A stretch of 63,897 nucleotides of DNA, counting the filler, from Stramenopiles sp. TOSAG23-2 (taxonomy: Eukaryota): the NCBI GenBank assembly GCA_900128395.1. It is 4 parts of 4 records of this genome, joined end to end, with 100 filler letters (N's around TTAATTAATTAA, not from the genome) between each part and the next. Parts side by side here need not be neighbours in the genome. Positions count along the whole stretch, not along the records: positions 32,130 to 48,018 come from LT649692.1; positions 48,119 to 63,897 come from LT649695.1; 2 more parts are not named here. The stretch is one strand, 5' to 3'. The notes under the pieces were generated by a model. It saw nothing but the letters and a program-made list of their open reading frames with translations. It searched no databases and was not told the DNA's origin. Positions 45,047 to 56,418 of this stretch are shown in pieces. Within the stretch, counting starts at the first letter, position 1; each line of letters opens with the position of its first letter. The position numbers were made by a program, and so were the translations under genes.

Positions 45047-46627
45047 ATGGAAACGTTTAATGATTATATAATAGGCCCGATATTATCTTTATCTTCACAA
45101 GCAATTACAAATATACCATTTATCCGGAAACATTTATTTGGTACAGCTGATGGAAAAGATGTCAATCTTCCACCAGTAGCTCATTTTGGCGAATTAGTCA
45201 AATTACTACAAAAGTTTTCTGTATGGGGAAGACATAATATAGATAGAAATCTTGCTAATAAACTTGGTCATATATATTGTTGGATACCACCACCTGGATT
45301 TGGTGGAGGAAACGTCAAGTTAATTGTAAACATCTCAGAACCAGAGCTAGTGAAGAAGGTCTTGCAAGATACAAAAATATTTCCAACAAGAGGAAAAACA
45401 GGACTTTCAGATACTGTCGGGGAAGGTTTGGTAGAATTACCCACAGGGGATATACACTCTTTTCACCGGCGAATTATTGGTTCTTTGCTTACACATAAAC
45501 ATTTAATAAATTATGTGGAAACAATACGCGAAGAAACTGAGGTTTTAGTTGCAAAATGGTTTAAAAATGAAAATGAAAATACAACTGTAAATGCACATTA
45601 CGATTTAACTTCATGTGCACAAGAAATTATTGGTATAATCGGTCTTGGCCAAAGATTTGGTGCTCAACATATGACAGAAGAGGAAAATACAAGTGTGTCC
45701 GAAACTGCATTTATGATGCGAAGAGCAGCCTTATCAACAGCTCTAGGCGCTACTACTTTAAGCTTAATTTCTTCATCCAAGGATAATGCTGATGAGTCAC
45801 GAATTAGAAAAGATGGCTATAAAGAAACTATTGATAGAATTGATATTGCTTTGAGAAGCGAAAAAGGGAATATGATTAATGCCATGAAAACAGCTGTAGA
45901 TGATTATGGTGAAGATGGAGATCCGCGCAAGTTTACTTTACAGGAAATTATTGACGAATTTATTACAATTCGTGGTGCCGGGCATGAAACTACAAGCAAT
46001 ACCTTATCATGGGTTTTATTGCTACTAGCACAAAATCCAGACAAGCAAAATGAATTGTTTTTCGAGGTAAACAATGTTATTGCTGGTGTGACAGCAACAT
46101 TTAAAGAAGCAGAAAACTTAGATTTCACAAAAATGTGCATATATGAAGCACTACGTTTGTATCCTACTGTGCCATCTTTTCCTCGTTTATCTGTTGAGGA
46201 TACTACTTTAGGCGGATACGATTTACCGGCAGGCACCCTAGTATTTGTATCACAATCTGTTATGAATATTAGACATGATCTATGGGGTAATGACGCAAAG
46301 AAATTTCATCCAAGACGTTTTGATCGGGAAGATTACTCGTTGGAACTAGTTCAATCAATGCCAAAAGGTTGCCCAGGTTTTGAAGACAATGCAGAACCAG
46401 GACCATTATTTGGATTTGCGCCGTTTGGGGCTGGAAAGCGCACATGCCCTGGACAAAGATTAGCACTGTTAGAAAGTACTATTATACTTTCATCGTTGAT
46501 AAAGCATTTTCAGATTGAATTAGCAAATCCCAATAAAACAGTTAGAGATTTAAGTGATATCACATTAGGGCCAAAAGATGGTTTATATTTAAAGTTGAAG
46601 AAAAGAAATACAAAATCAAATTTGTAA
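45047..46627 (+). CDS. Cytochrome P450
   Basis: I-helix AGHETT, K-helix EALR, FHPRRF, heme motif FGAGKRTCPG; ends KSNL. Confidence 0.96.
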   Translation: METFNDYIIGPILSLSSQAITNIPFIRKHLFGTADGKDVNLPPVAHFGELVKLLQKFSVWGRHNIDRNLANKLGHIYCWIPPPGFGGGNVKLIVNISEPELVKKVLQDTKIFPTRGKTGLSDTVGEGLVELPTGDIHSFHRRIIGSLLTHKHLINYVETIREETEVLVAKWFKNENENTTVNAHYDLTSCAQEIIGIIGLGQRFGAQHMTEEENTSVSETAFMMRRAALSTALGATTLSLISSSKDNADESRIRKDGYKETIDRIDIALRSEKGNMINAMKTAVDDYGEDGDPRKFTLQEIIDEFITIRGAGHETTSNTLSWVLLLLAQNPDKQNELFFEVNNVIAGVTATFKEAENLDFTKMCIYEALRLYPTVPSFPRLSVEDTTLGGYDLPAGTLVFVSQSVMNIRHDLWGNDAKKFHPRRFDREDYSLELVQSMPKGCPGFEDNAEPGPLFGFAPFGAGKRTCPGQRLALLESTIILSSLIKHFQIELANPNKTVRDLSDITLGPKDGLYLKLKKRNTKSNL

Positions 46628-48018
46628 AAAGGAATTGTTAAGAGAAAAAAATGTTGATTTAGTCGTGTTTAAATACTGTTTTTTGAGTATAACCCGCGTG
46701 TGTAATTTTATATCTCAGAATATTATGATATTATATAATATATGATATAAAAAATTCTCTTATTTATAAGTTAAAGATTTTATTTACTCATACTGTATAT
46801 ATATATATATTATATATATGTATATAATATATATATATAATTACCAGAAATAATAATTATCGTATGATATATATATTTTAATAATTAAAAGTAATATTTT
46901 TTTTAAAAATATAAAAAAATATTAATTTTTTAATACTCGTATAATGATGGTTAAAATCTACGAAGTCATTATAATATTTTTACAACCTTCTCGTGTTAAG
47001 TAATATGCTCAATACTCAATCGCAAGAATAATATGTTATCCTACTAAATAGTAAAGCTCTAATGCACCTCCTGCATTAATAATTAAATATAAAATAATAT
47101 TATTTGACGAGATATGCATAAAATTTTTTACACACAATTTAATCGGTTATTGATAAAAGCTAGAAATGAATATGCATGTGTAGTATAATATGCATGTATG
47201 GTGTATAATATGTACTTCGTATATTCTTTTACTCTGTGTATATTTTTTACGCATTTACTATGCGGCCGAGAGTTTATATATATATGTGTATTTAACTAAT
47301 GTTTGGAAAACCTATGGACTGTTCACATCACTTTCATCGAGAGTGTTATGCTGGATTCAGACCTAATACTTGCGCTTATCCCCCTTAGTATTAGCTTGGC
47401 AACTGCCTTGCGGCGGCGCAGAGAGTTTTAAAAATAGTCGGGAGTAATTATATTAATAACATCAAGTATAAATATGATAAACAGAAAAGTGCAAAACATG
47501 GCAGAAAAAACACAATTTTCACGTGTAAAATGTTGAAAGGCCTGTGCCAATGCTATTTCCATATAAATATTAAAAACACTTCATATGGAGAATTGTTTGT
47601 CATTACTACTATATACTAGTACTATAGAAAATAACAAAAAAATCTCTATTTCCAATTTCAACGTGCCAACAACAACCGTTATTATTATTATTATTATTAT
47701 TTTTGTCCAATGCACCATGCACCAATATTATTATATTTTAATTATTGCTTATTATTTATTGAGAATATAATAACATGTTCTTCAAGGAAACAACAGATAG
47801 AGATATACATTCAATTTCATTGTTGTGTTCTTTTTTTTGTTGTTGTTTTTTTTTTTGTTTGTGTTTGATACACATATAAATAGATAAAGAGGTAGGAAAC
47901 AGCAGAAATAGATAGTTACAAATTCATTTTTTCCAGTTGTTTTTTGACATTTATATATATTTTAAAGGATGACACGAAAAAAAAGACCAAGTTCGGCACA
48001 TGCAAGAACAACAAAAAA

Positions 48019-48118
48019 NNNNNNNNNNNNNNNNNNNNNNNNNNNNNNNNNNNNNNNNNNNNTTAATTAATTAANNNNNNNNNNNNNNNNNNNNNNNNNN
48101 NNNNNNNNNNNNNNNNNN
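48019..48118. other. Artificial contig spacer
   Basis: Ns flanking TTAATTAATTAA. Confidence 0.99.
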
Positions 48119-48280
48119 TTTCGTCCTGTCGCATATGAACATAGCAGGGCAACACTAGAGATAGTTGCCATGCGGCATGCTGCATCATGCTGCCATGATT
48201 TTAGCAATAGTGCACTATACTTGTGTGGTAAAAAAAAAAAAAACAAAAAAAAACAGTATGCGTAAAAAAATAAAGGTATT

Positions 48281-48402
48281 GCAATTTACCTGCGATTTTA
48301 CTGCAATTTACCTGCGATTTTCCTGCGATTTACTTGCGATTTTCCTGCGATTTTCCTGCGATTTTCCTGCGATTTTCCTGCGATTTTCCTGCGATTTACC
48401 TG
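48281..48402 (+). repeat. Minisatellite, 11-bp unit GCGATTTTCCT, about 11 copies
   Basis: Directly visible, with variants GCAATTTACCT and GCGATTTACTT. Confidence 0.92.
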
Positions 48403-49034
48403 ATGCGATTATTTCATCTTAAAATTATAAATTTCCTCCTATCGCTGAATAATATACTAAGAAGTACACCTATGCATTAAGCACACCAGACAATTTCCAC
48501 ACGATAATAGTATATACATATAACAATACGTACAAGTCACAAGATATTATATGGTAACAGCGACAGCCAATACATACTACAACAATATCGTATACATCGA
48601 TACAGCACAACACTATCACACACTATTTATGAATGGGTAGTACGGTAGTACTATACTTAATACTGTACAACAACGAATACGATATTACACTACGCCTCGA
48701 CTACAATCAGAAAACCAATATCCCCTATGATATTAAGCATTTGATATCAAACTGCCAAAATAAAAACCCTCCTTAACTCCAACGAATTCCATCGCTGTGC
48801 CACAAACACCAATCCAGACCTAGTGCAGGGCTCTCGCCGTACGGCAATTTTTTTTTTGGCTATTTATGCACATATAATTATATTGAAATACATTGTATAT
48901 TTTATTCAACATAGTAAACTATGTGGATAGAACATAACAATAACAATTCCCCAACCATTGCCAATTAATACATTGACAACCTGTTAATATATATATATAT
49001 ATATATATTGCCAGGGAAAAATAATAGTAAGAGC

Positions 49035-52000
49035 ATGAAAACAGATAAAATTGCAGTCGCAATGCATCAACAACAATCACAAGTAAATCACACTTCAAAA
49101 ACACCAAGACGTGTCTCAGATAAAGGTGGTTCCTGGGAAGAGCATATCGACCCTGGCACTAATAAAATATATTATCACAATAAAATTACAAGTGTAAGTC
49201 AATGGGACAAACCACAAGGATATAATTTTCAAAATGCGATAAATCCAATTCATACTGTTACATCAATACCTCGACGAGTATCAAATAGTGATCAATGGGA
49301 AGAACATTTAGATAAAAATAGTGGCAAAATTTATTATCATAATAAAAGGACTAATATTACGCAATGGGAAAAACCGGCTAATTCTAATTTTGTTTCAACA
49401 AATAATATTGTTAATTCTCCAAGAACACCAAGAAAGACGTTTGAAATGGAGCAGGCAAATCCAATGAAACAGAACAGACAAAATAGGCAAAGTCGTAATT
49501 CTTGGTCGAATTTGAATAATAATGATATGCATGGCAGAAAAATTGACAAAGTGAAAGTGACGGAAAAGAAATTTTTTTATGCAAAAATGATTGGTATTTG
49601 CTGTTGTATATTTGTTATTTGCGGTGTAATTCTTAGTATTTTATTGGTTACTGCTGGTAAACGCGGTGGAAAAGGTGGTGTTCGTCCTTCTTCTGGTGGT
49701 GATCATCCAATTACAACGACTTTACCACCTAGTAATTCAGTAACTACAGCAATTCCGACACAACCACTTCCTGTTTCCAATCCAACACGTTTAGTTGGAC
49801 AGGAGTTAAAAATCAATGGTTTATCATTGCAACAAGTAAATGATAATTTAAATGCGATAAAAATTGGTATTGCAAAATCATTAAATGTTGCAAACGATGA
49901 TGTTATTATTGTTTCTGTCAGTGTTGGTAATAGAAGAAGAAGAGAAAGACGACAACGTGCAAGACGTCGTGGTAGAATGTTATTGCAGCAAAAGGTCAAT
50001 CTTTTTTACAAGGTAAAAGTTTTAAATGATAATGCAGTAACAAAAATCATGGAAAAAATGAAATCGAATTCTGTTAAAGCTAATATTGTTGTTGAAATGG
50101 TCAAAGCTATACCAAATGTTAGTAAAGATGATATATCATTCTCTTCCACTGCACCTAGTAGTGAAGTTTATAATTCAGTTACTGCAACAACTCCACCACC
50201 AAAAGAAAATTTTAATTGGAGAGAATGTGGAAATGAAACGGTACCAAAAAATCAGCCAAGTGGGTGGCCAAAAGATGTTTTGCCTGGGATATCTACATTA
50301 CCACAAAGTACCGCAAATATGATTTTGAGTTTGAAACGAATATCCGCAATAGATTGCTCTTCTGTTCCTGTTGCAAGATCATATGATGGAAATGTATGGG
50401 AAGGTACTTATCCAGAACCACATGATCCAAGCGAATGCGATACAAACACAAAAGAATGTAAAATTGAAACAAGCAATACAAATGTTGCCTATCGTATTGA
50501 TGCATATGTGCAATTAAATGACGAACTTCGGACGAAAAATGAGACAATATCGCGGTTTCTTTTGCAGGCAACATATGGGGCTTCTCGAAATGACATTGGT
50601 GATTTCATTCAATCCCATGGAATGGAAGTAACATCATCAACAGTATCTAGTTACTTAGATAAGCAAATGAATATAATTTCACCAACTTTGTTAAGGGAAC
50701 ATTTTAGGAAACGAACGAATCCAAGAACACCTGTGAATAGCGCTGCTGGGGTTAAGAGGCACATATGTGAATCTGGTAGTCGTTTCCATCGCTTTTCTTT
50801 CAATCAACTAGATTTACAAAAAACATTGAATATTAGTACCTTAAATGAAAATACGGGTACATATGAATTAGCCATCGATGGTATACTTCGCACAGAGGTA
50901 GCTAGTTTAACAAGTATTAGTGGCGGCACAATATTGGCTGGCAATAATTATGTTATTTGTAAAGTTGAAGAATGGACTGGAACCGGCCGAGTTGTTTTTT
51001 ATAATAGTGATAATAAATGTGCTGGAAACGATTTGAACATTGTCAATCCGTTGGTAAACTTCACAAATCCAAATTTGGATGTAACACAGGTATTTGGGAC
51101 AAATGATGTTGATATTTACGATTTACAACTTCCTGATCAAGATGCCATTTTAATTACAAAATATAAATCTACTTGCAATGAGAAACAACTACATGGAGTT
51201 GGTTTCATCAAATTATCTGGAAGAGGAAGCGACAAAACATTTTATAAGCATGACCCACGTTTAAAATTACTAGATAATAGTTTTGAAAAGCCTGTAAATG
51301 TTTCGGCGTTTGAAGATACTGCAATGATGTGCCCAAGTGTACCTAAAACATTTTTAAACCGTGATAAATGCGTCCGACTAGCAAAAGCATGTTCTCCATT
51401 ACAATTTACAAGCGGTTTGCTACCATTAAATAGCTCAAATTTACGATTATGGTACACGGCAAATCAACGGCATGTACATTATTTAACTGGATTGCGATTA
51501 GAATCACCATACGATACCAAAGTTTGTGAAATTAATGGATATACCCGATGGAAAAAAATAAATAATGGACCATGTAGTGGTGGTATAACCCCAATTTTAG
51601 TGGGAACGACGACAAATGATACTATCGTGAACGCCTTAGTTGCTTCCACGGATTCCAATCCATTTATACGAGATATTAATGTATATTGGAAAAATAATGC
51701 TGGTTGCGATAAGACATTAAATATTGATGTTGGTGGCGTAGGTGCAAAAGTTGAAGCAAGTAATATATGTTGGCAACATGTTCATGAACATGAATACAAC
51801 GTTTACGATTTTACATATTGGACCATACAACACGATGGTAATAAAATTGCAAAACAATTTGGAAGGCCTAATCCAATTACTAAATTTGCAATTGATGGAC
51901 GTGTTGACTTTGTTTTCCCAGGACACCATGAAATGTTACGCTGGAAACAAAAAGTAAACAAATTTATACCATACGTTGGTAGATACGGTGATTCTGTCAA

Positions 52001-55000
52001 CTTTGAAAGTTTAAATACAGAAGTACAGACATATGAATTAGCAAAAATAGCCAATGCTGTTTCAAGTGATGGGTCAGATGGATATGAATCGTGCGGTTCT
52101 CCAGGAGAAATAAAAAATGAGCCACATTACGGCCATTTATATAGATTTCCAAGTGCACGTTTGAATCTAGGAATTGATTTTAACAATGAAATTGATTTTC
52201 CCCATTATAGAAATGAAGGAAAGCATATGGTGTGGCTGAATGTGGTGCTAAAATCTCCTGATCAATTAAGGCAAAAAGTTGCATGGGCGCTTTCTCAAAT
52301 TTTGGTCATAAGTGAAAGCGGTTTAAATGGAAAAGACGATGAAGTTGAAAATTGGATTACATACTATGATAATTTTGTAAGAAATGCATTTGGCAGCTAT
52401 AGAACGGTTTTAAAGGAAGTTACATATTCACCAATGATGGGTCAATATTTGACATATATGCAAAATAAAGCGTTTAAATTTGCCGGGACGTTTCCAGATG
52501 AAAACTATGCTCGAGAAATCATGCAGTTGTTTACTATTGGATTGTGGAAATTGAATATTGATGGCACATACAAACTTGACAGTAATGGAGAGAAACAAGC
52601 CACATATACGAATGATGATATTGTAGCATTTGCAAGAATTTGGACAGGATTTGACAGGTCATTGCGACGTAGTAATTTAGAACAACAAAATGGCATAGGC
52701 TCTGGTAATTTTTTTGATCCAATGCAGATAAAAGCAGAGTGGAGAGATTTTTTCCCAAAACGAGCTTTGGATAAAGGTTTTATTGGGGATGGGTATCCAC
52801 TTTGTGCGGATCTACCATCCAAAAATGAATTCTTAATGCCAGGTGCTACATATGTTAATACAGGTGCACATTCTGATGAAGGTGAATGGTATGATAGAGA
52901 TGCTGCTTCTGATCGTGGAGTTCGGGAACAATTTACGCCGTCAAATACAGGCAGTAGTCAATTATTTAATACATTATGTAGTCGTATAAGTTCTACAGAG
53001 CCATGTCAGTTTCCGGACATTATTAAAGTAACGAACCCAATACAATGCAATGGCGATGAATGTGATATAGATTTTATTCGTGTTGTGAAGTTAGTTGATC
53101 TTGTATCAAATAAAGTGAATTACTACACTTATCAACGACAGCCATGTGTTCGTTTGACATTTTTCAATGAAGGAAAGGTGACCGTAGATGTAAAAAGTCT
53201 ACAGGAAAGTGTTAACACCCCGTCTCGGATAAATCGCGTATATCAATGTGCCAATCCCCATGCAAAGGCTGCTGGAGCTACTTGTTGCAATTCCGATGGA
53301 ACTGTACAAGAGCTTCCGTACAAAAGAAGCGATAACCCAACAGCTTGCAATTTTGCATTGGAATTTATGTCTTATAATACTACTAAAAATAGATGCAAAG
53401 CATTAGGCTGGCAAGTTTGTGATACTGTGAAAAAACTAACTTGGACCCCTGCATTTAAAAAAACTTGTGGTGTATATCAACATAGCTGGACAACAAGTAC
53501 ATGTAAATATGAAATTCAAGTGCGGCCATCTGGGTATATTAACATACTTGACATACCGCGTTATAGATCAGAGTATGCTTTGAATAATGATAATCTGATG
53601 TTGCTATGGTGGAAAAACAATGCCTTTCCAACTGTCCAACAAAATAGCTGTGGAAGCGGCTGTACAGTTTCCGGCACTAGCTGCCGTTGCAATATTACAG
53701 TGGTTGAATCCATTGGTTTTTCATCAACAACAAATGGTGCTTTGCCAACTGTGGCAGAAATTGAAGATACATTACACATTGGTGCATATTCACCATCTCA
53801 ATTTTACAATATCATTGATTCCGGAACATATACATTGTGCACGACAACAAAATGTAATGATCATTATACAAACACTAAAGTGCAAATATATTTACATTCT
53901 GGATCAGGACAGTCATTTGATACAATGACCATTTTCAAATTGCCAGCTAAGTTACCTGGTGGAAAGTTGCGATATCTTATGAACAAAGTATCTACAGTCC
54001 ATGTCGGAGAAAATTTTCAATTCCGTAATCCTCCTAATTTTATGCCAAGTTTAGGGGAAACATATACATATCGCGGGTCCGGATTTTCTAGTCGTTTTCA
54101 CGTAATTGAAGCAACACAAGAGGTTGATGCTTTGCTAGATCATGTATTTGAGCACCCTAACACAGCCCCTTTTATTTCACATCGATTGATCCAACGACTC
54201 GTCACAAGTAATCCTAGCCCACGATATGTAAAAGCTGTTTCCACTGCATTTATCAATGGTAAAACATCCGACGGTCATGTATATAGTGGTAAATATGGTG
54301 ATATTGGAGCTGCAGTGGCAGAAATATTGCTAGACCAAGAAGCAAGGTCAACTACGTTGGATTCTGATGCGTTGGCAGGAAGACTACGGGAGCCCCTTTT
54401 GAAAGTAATACATGTTATGAAAGCAATGGAATATAAATCAAAAGATGCAAGGGAAGTGAATTTATACGATATGGATAGAAAAGTTGGGCAAGCATCTTTT
54501 GCATCACCAACTGTATTTAACTTTTTCTTGCCAGAATTTACACCACCTGGACCAATATACAACGCAAATTTAGTTAGTCCAGAGTCTCAATTGAGTACAA
54601 CACCACTTTTAATTGGATTTCTAAACGGAATGGAGTCGTTGATATCAAATGGTCTAACTAATTGTAATTCAGGTTTCGGAGATTTTACTGCCAAACCAAA
54701 ACGCGCTTGCGGATCGACTTCACTCAAGCTCAATACGAATGACGGGTCAATGCAATATATACCAAGTGTCGAAGCACTCCAAAAAGGAAGTATAGGAGTG
54801 ATTGGTGAGATAGATGTATTGTTGACTACAGGTCGTTTGAATGAAAATGATCGAAATGCATTAATAAAAACATACGACGAGACTTTGACTTCTGGGGGGC
54901 AAACACAAGATGCGGTGCATGCAGCTTTACGGTTGTTGGTGATGACTTCTGAATTTCATACTACTACAATAAATAGAATAACAAAATCACTTCGACCTAT

Positions 55001-56312
55001 TCCACCGGAGCAAACGTCACAAAACCGACCGTACAAAGCTATCATTGTTTTATTCTTGGCTGGTGCTGCAGATTCGTTTAATATGCTAGTACCTCACTCA
55101 GAATGTGCAAATTCGCATGATTTGCATCAAGAGTATTTAGATGTAAGAACAAATGTTGCTCTTTCGAAAAGTTCGTTGTTGGAAATTGATGTTCCTGCTA
55201 ATTCTCAACCGTGTAATAAATTTGGTATCCATCCAAGCTTATCAGTATTAAAAACAGAATACGATGCTGGAAATGCTAATTTTATTGCAAATATGGGTGC
55301 CTTAGTAGAACCACTAACAAAAGCAGAATATAATGCCAAATCAAAGCGAGTGCCACCTAGTTTATTTGCACATAATGTAATGCAACGGGCAATGCATACT
55401 GTCCATGCGCAATATGCATCATCCAATGGAGTGCTTGGCCGTGTTGTAAAAGCCATTTCAAAGGAACAAAAAGATACTTCAAATAATGTTGTCCCACCTT
55501 ATAGCAGTTATATGTATAGTTTATCTGGCAATCAGCGAATGTTGGAAGGTGCTGCTCCGAGTCATGTTCCTTTCATAATTGATAAAAGACATGGAGTAGT
55601 CCGGTATTCAAAATATAGCACTATGAAGACTAAAATTGAAAATATATCAAGGAGTGAATCAGAAAGTATTTTTGCTGAAACGTTTAGTGCAAACCTGGAA
55701 ACTTCATTGAGGCAAACTGAAAATTTAGGCGCGTTATTGAAGGATGTCACTTTAACAACAACCTTTAGCGATGAAGATCAAGTCAGCCAACAATTGAATC
55801 AAGTCTCCAAGCTCATAAAATTGCGACAACAACTAAATTCTGAACGCGACGTTTTTATTATTACGCATGGTGGGTATGATACGCACAATGATGTCGGTGA
55901 CGTTTTTAAGGGAAAGTTAGATCAAATCAACGCTGGCCTAGATTCATTTGTGAAAGAAATGAAAGATCAAAATATATATGAAAATGTTGTTTTGGTTACG
56001 ACTAGTGACTTTGGGAGAACATTAACGTCTAACGGCCAAGGCACCGATCATGCTTGGGGAGGTAACTATTTCACATTAGGTGGTAGTGTCAAAGGCAGTA
56101 AAATACTTGGCCAATACCCTGAAAAATTGGGAGATGATGGTTTGTTGAATATTGGAAGAGGGCGTGTTTTACCCACAACAAGCTGGGAAGCGATGTGGAA
56201 TGGATTGGCTGAATGGTTCGGTATTGTACCTGATGAAATGGATAAAGTATTACCAAATAAGAAAAACTTTCCTGCAGATCATTTATTTACAAAGGATGAC
56301 TTGTTTAAATGA
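49035..56312 (+). CDS. Type II membrane protein: 2 WW domains - TM - Cys-rich ectodomain with DUF1800 and DUF1501
   Basis: WEEHID...KIYYHNK...SQWDKP twice; TM IGICCCIFVICGVILSILLV; DUF1800 motifs RFLLQATYG, DQLRQKVAWALSQI, PDENYAREIMQLFTIGL, HPNTAPFI, REPLL; DUF1501 motifs LFLAGAADSFN, GYDTH, SDFGRTL...GTDHAWGG. Confidence 0.9.
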   Translation: MKTDKIAVAMHQQQSQVNHTSKTPRRVSDKGGSWEEHIDPGTNKIYYHNKITSVSQWDKPQGYNFQNAINPIHTVTSIPRRVSNSDQWEEHLDKNSGKIYYHNKRTNITQWEKPANSNFVSTNNIVNSPRTPRKTFEMEQANPMKQNRQNRQSRNSWSNLNNNDMHGRKIDKVKVTEKKFFYAKMIGICCCIFVICGVILSILLVTAGKRGGKGGVRPSSGGDHPITTTLPPSNSVTTAIPTQPLPVSNPTRLVGQELKINGLSLQQVNDNLNAIKIGIAKSLNVANDDVIIVSVSVGNRRRRERRQRARRRGRMLLQQKVNLFYKVKVLNDNAVTKIMEKMKSNSVKANIVVEMVKAIPNVSKDDISFSSTAPSSEVYNSVTATTPPPKENFNWRECGNETVPKNQPSGWPKDVLPGISTLPQSTANMILSLKRISAIDCSSVPVARSYDGNVWEGTYPEPHDPSECDTNTKECKIETSNTNVAYRIDAYVQLNDELRTKNETISRFLLQATYGASRNDIGDFIQSHGMEVTSSTVSSYLDKQMNIISPTLLREHFRKRTNPRTPVNSAAGVKRHICESGSRFHRFSFNQLDLQKTLNISTLNENTGTYELAIDGILRTEVASLTSISGGTILAGNNYVICKVEEWTGTGRVVFYNSDNKCAGNDLNIVNPLVNFTNPNLDVTQVFGTNDVDIYDLQLPDQDAILITKYKSTCNEKQLHGVGFIKLSGRGSDKTFYKHDPRLKLLDNSFEKPVNVSAFEDTAMMCPSVPKTFLNRDKCVRLAKACSPLQFTSGLLPLNSSNLRLWYTANQRHVHYLTGLRLESPYDTKVCEINGYTRWKKINNGPCSGGITPILVGTTTNDTIVNALVASTDSNPFIRDINVYWKNNAGCDKTLNIDVGGVGAKVEASNICWQHVHEHEYNVYDFTYWTIQHDGNKIAKQFGRPNPITKFAIDGRVDFVFPGHHEMLRWKQKVNKFIPYVGRYGDSVNFESLNTEVQTYELAKIANAVSSDGSDGYESCGSPGEIKNEPHYGHLYRFPSARLNLGIDFNNEIDFPHYRNEGKHMVWLNVVLKSPDQLRQKVAWALSQILVISESGLNGKDDEVENWITYYDNFVRNAFGSYRTVLKEVTYSPMMGQYLTYMQNKAFKFAGTFPDENYAREIMQLFTIGLWKLNIDGTYKLDSNGEKQATYTNDDIVAFARIWTGFDRSLRRSNLEQQNGIGSGNFFDPMQIKAEWRDFFPKRALDKGFIGDGYPLCADLPSKNEFLMPGATYVNTGAHSDEGEWYDRDAASDRGVREQFTPSNTGSSQLFNTLCSRISSTEPCQFPDIIKVTNPIQCNGDECDIDFIRVVKLVDLVSNKVNYYTYQRQPCVRLTFFNEGKVTVDVKSLQESVNTPSRINRVYQCANPHAKAAGATCCNSDGTVQELPYKRSDNPTACNFALEFMSYNTTKNRCKALGWQVCDTVKKLTWTPAFKKTCGVYQHSWTTSTCKYEIQVRPSGYINILDIPRYRSEYALNNDNLMLLWWKNNAFPTVQQNSCGSGCTVSGTSCRCNITVVESIGFSSTTNGALPTVAEIEDTLHIGAYSPSQFYNIIDSGTYTLCTTTKCNDHYTNTKVQIYLHSGSGQSFDTMTIFKLPAKLPGGKLRYLMNKVSTVHVGENFQFRNPPNFMPSLGETYTYRGSGFSSRFHVIEATQEVDALLDHVFEHPNTAPFISHRLIQRLVTSNPSPRYVKAVSTAFINGKTSDGHVYSGKYGDIGAAVAEILLDQEARSTTLDSDALAGRLREPLLKVIHVMKAMEYKSKDAREVNLYDMDRKVGQASFASPTVFNFFLPEFTPPGPIYNANLVSPESQLSTTPLLIGFLNGMESLISNGLTNCNSGFGDFTAKPKRACGSTSLKLNTNDGSMQYIPSVEALQKGSIGVIGEIDVLLTTGRLNENDRNALIKTYDETLTSGGQTQDAVHAALRLLVMTSEFHTTTINRITKSLRPIPPEQTSQNRPYKAIIVLFLAGAADSFNMLVPHSECANSHDLHQEYLDVRTNVALSKSSLLEIDVPANSQPCNKFGIHPSLSVLKTEYDAGNANFIANMGALVEPLTKAEYNAKSKRVPPSLFAHNVMQRAMHTVHAQYASSNGVLGRVVKAISKEQKDTSNNVVPPYSSYMYSLSGNQRMLEGAAPSHVPFIIDKRHGVVRYSKYSTMKTKIENISRSESESIFAETFSANLETSLRQTENLGALLKDVTLTTTFSDEDQVSQQLNQVSKLIKLRQQLNSERDVFIITHGGYDTHNDVGDVFKGKLDQINAGLDSFVKEMKDQNIYENVVLVTTSDFGRTLTSNGQGTDHAWGGNYFTLGGSVKGSKILGQYPEKLGDDGLLNIGRGRVLPTTSWEAMWNGLAEWFGIVPDEMDKVLPNKKNFPADHLFTKDDLFK

Positions 56313-56418
56313 TGTTAATTCTCTGATTTTATAAAATATTAAAATTTTACGAATATTAAATTACGAATATAAATTACGAATTAAATATCATATATTTTAA
56401 TTAAACATAGACGACTAT

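Noticed and set aside
15992-48118. TTAATTAATTAA palindromes within N runs, and gene neighbourhoods across them
   Set aside because: Artificial six-frame-stop linkers joining size-sorted contigs; there is no biological linkage across them
48281-48402. Possible CRISPR array or telomere
   Set aside because: Contiguous 11-bp units without unique spacers, no cas genes, and not a G-rich telomeric unit
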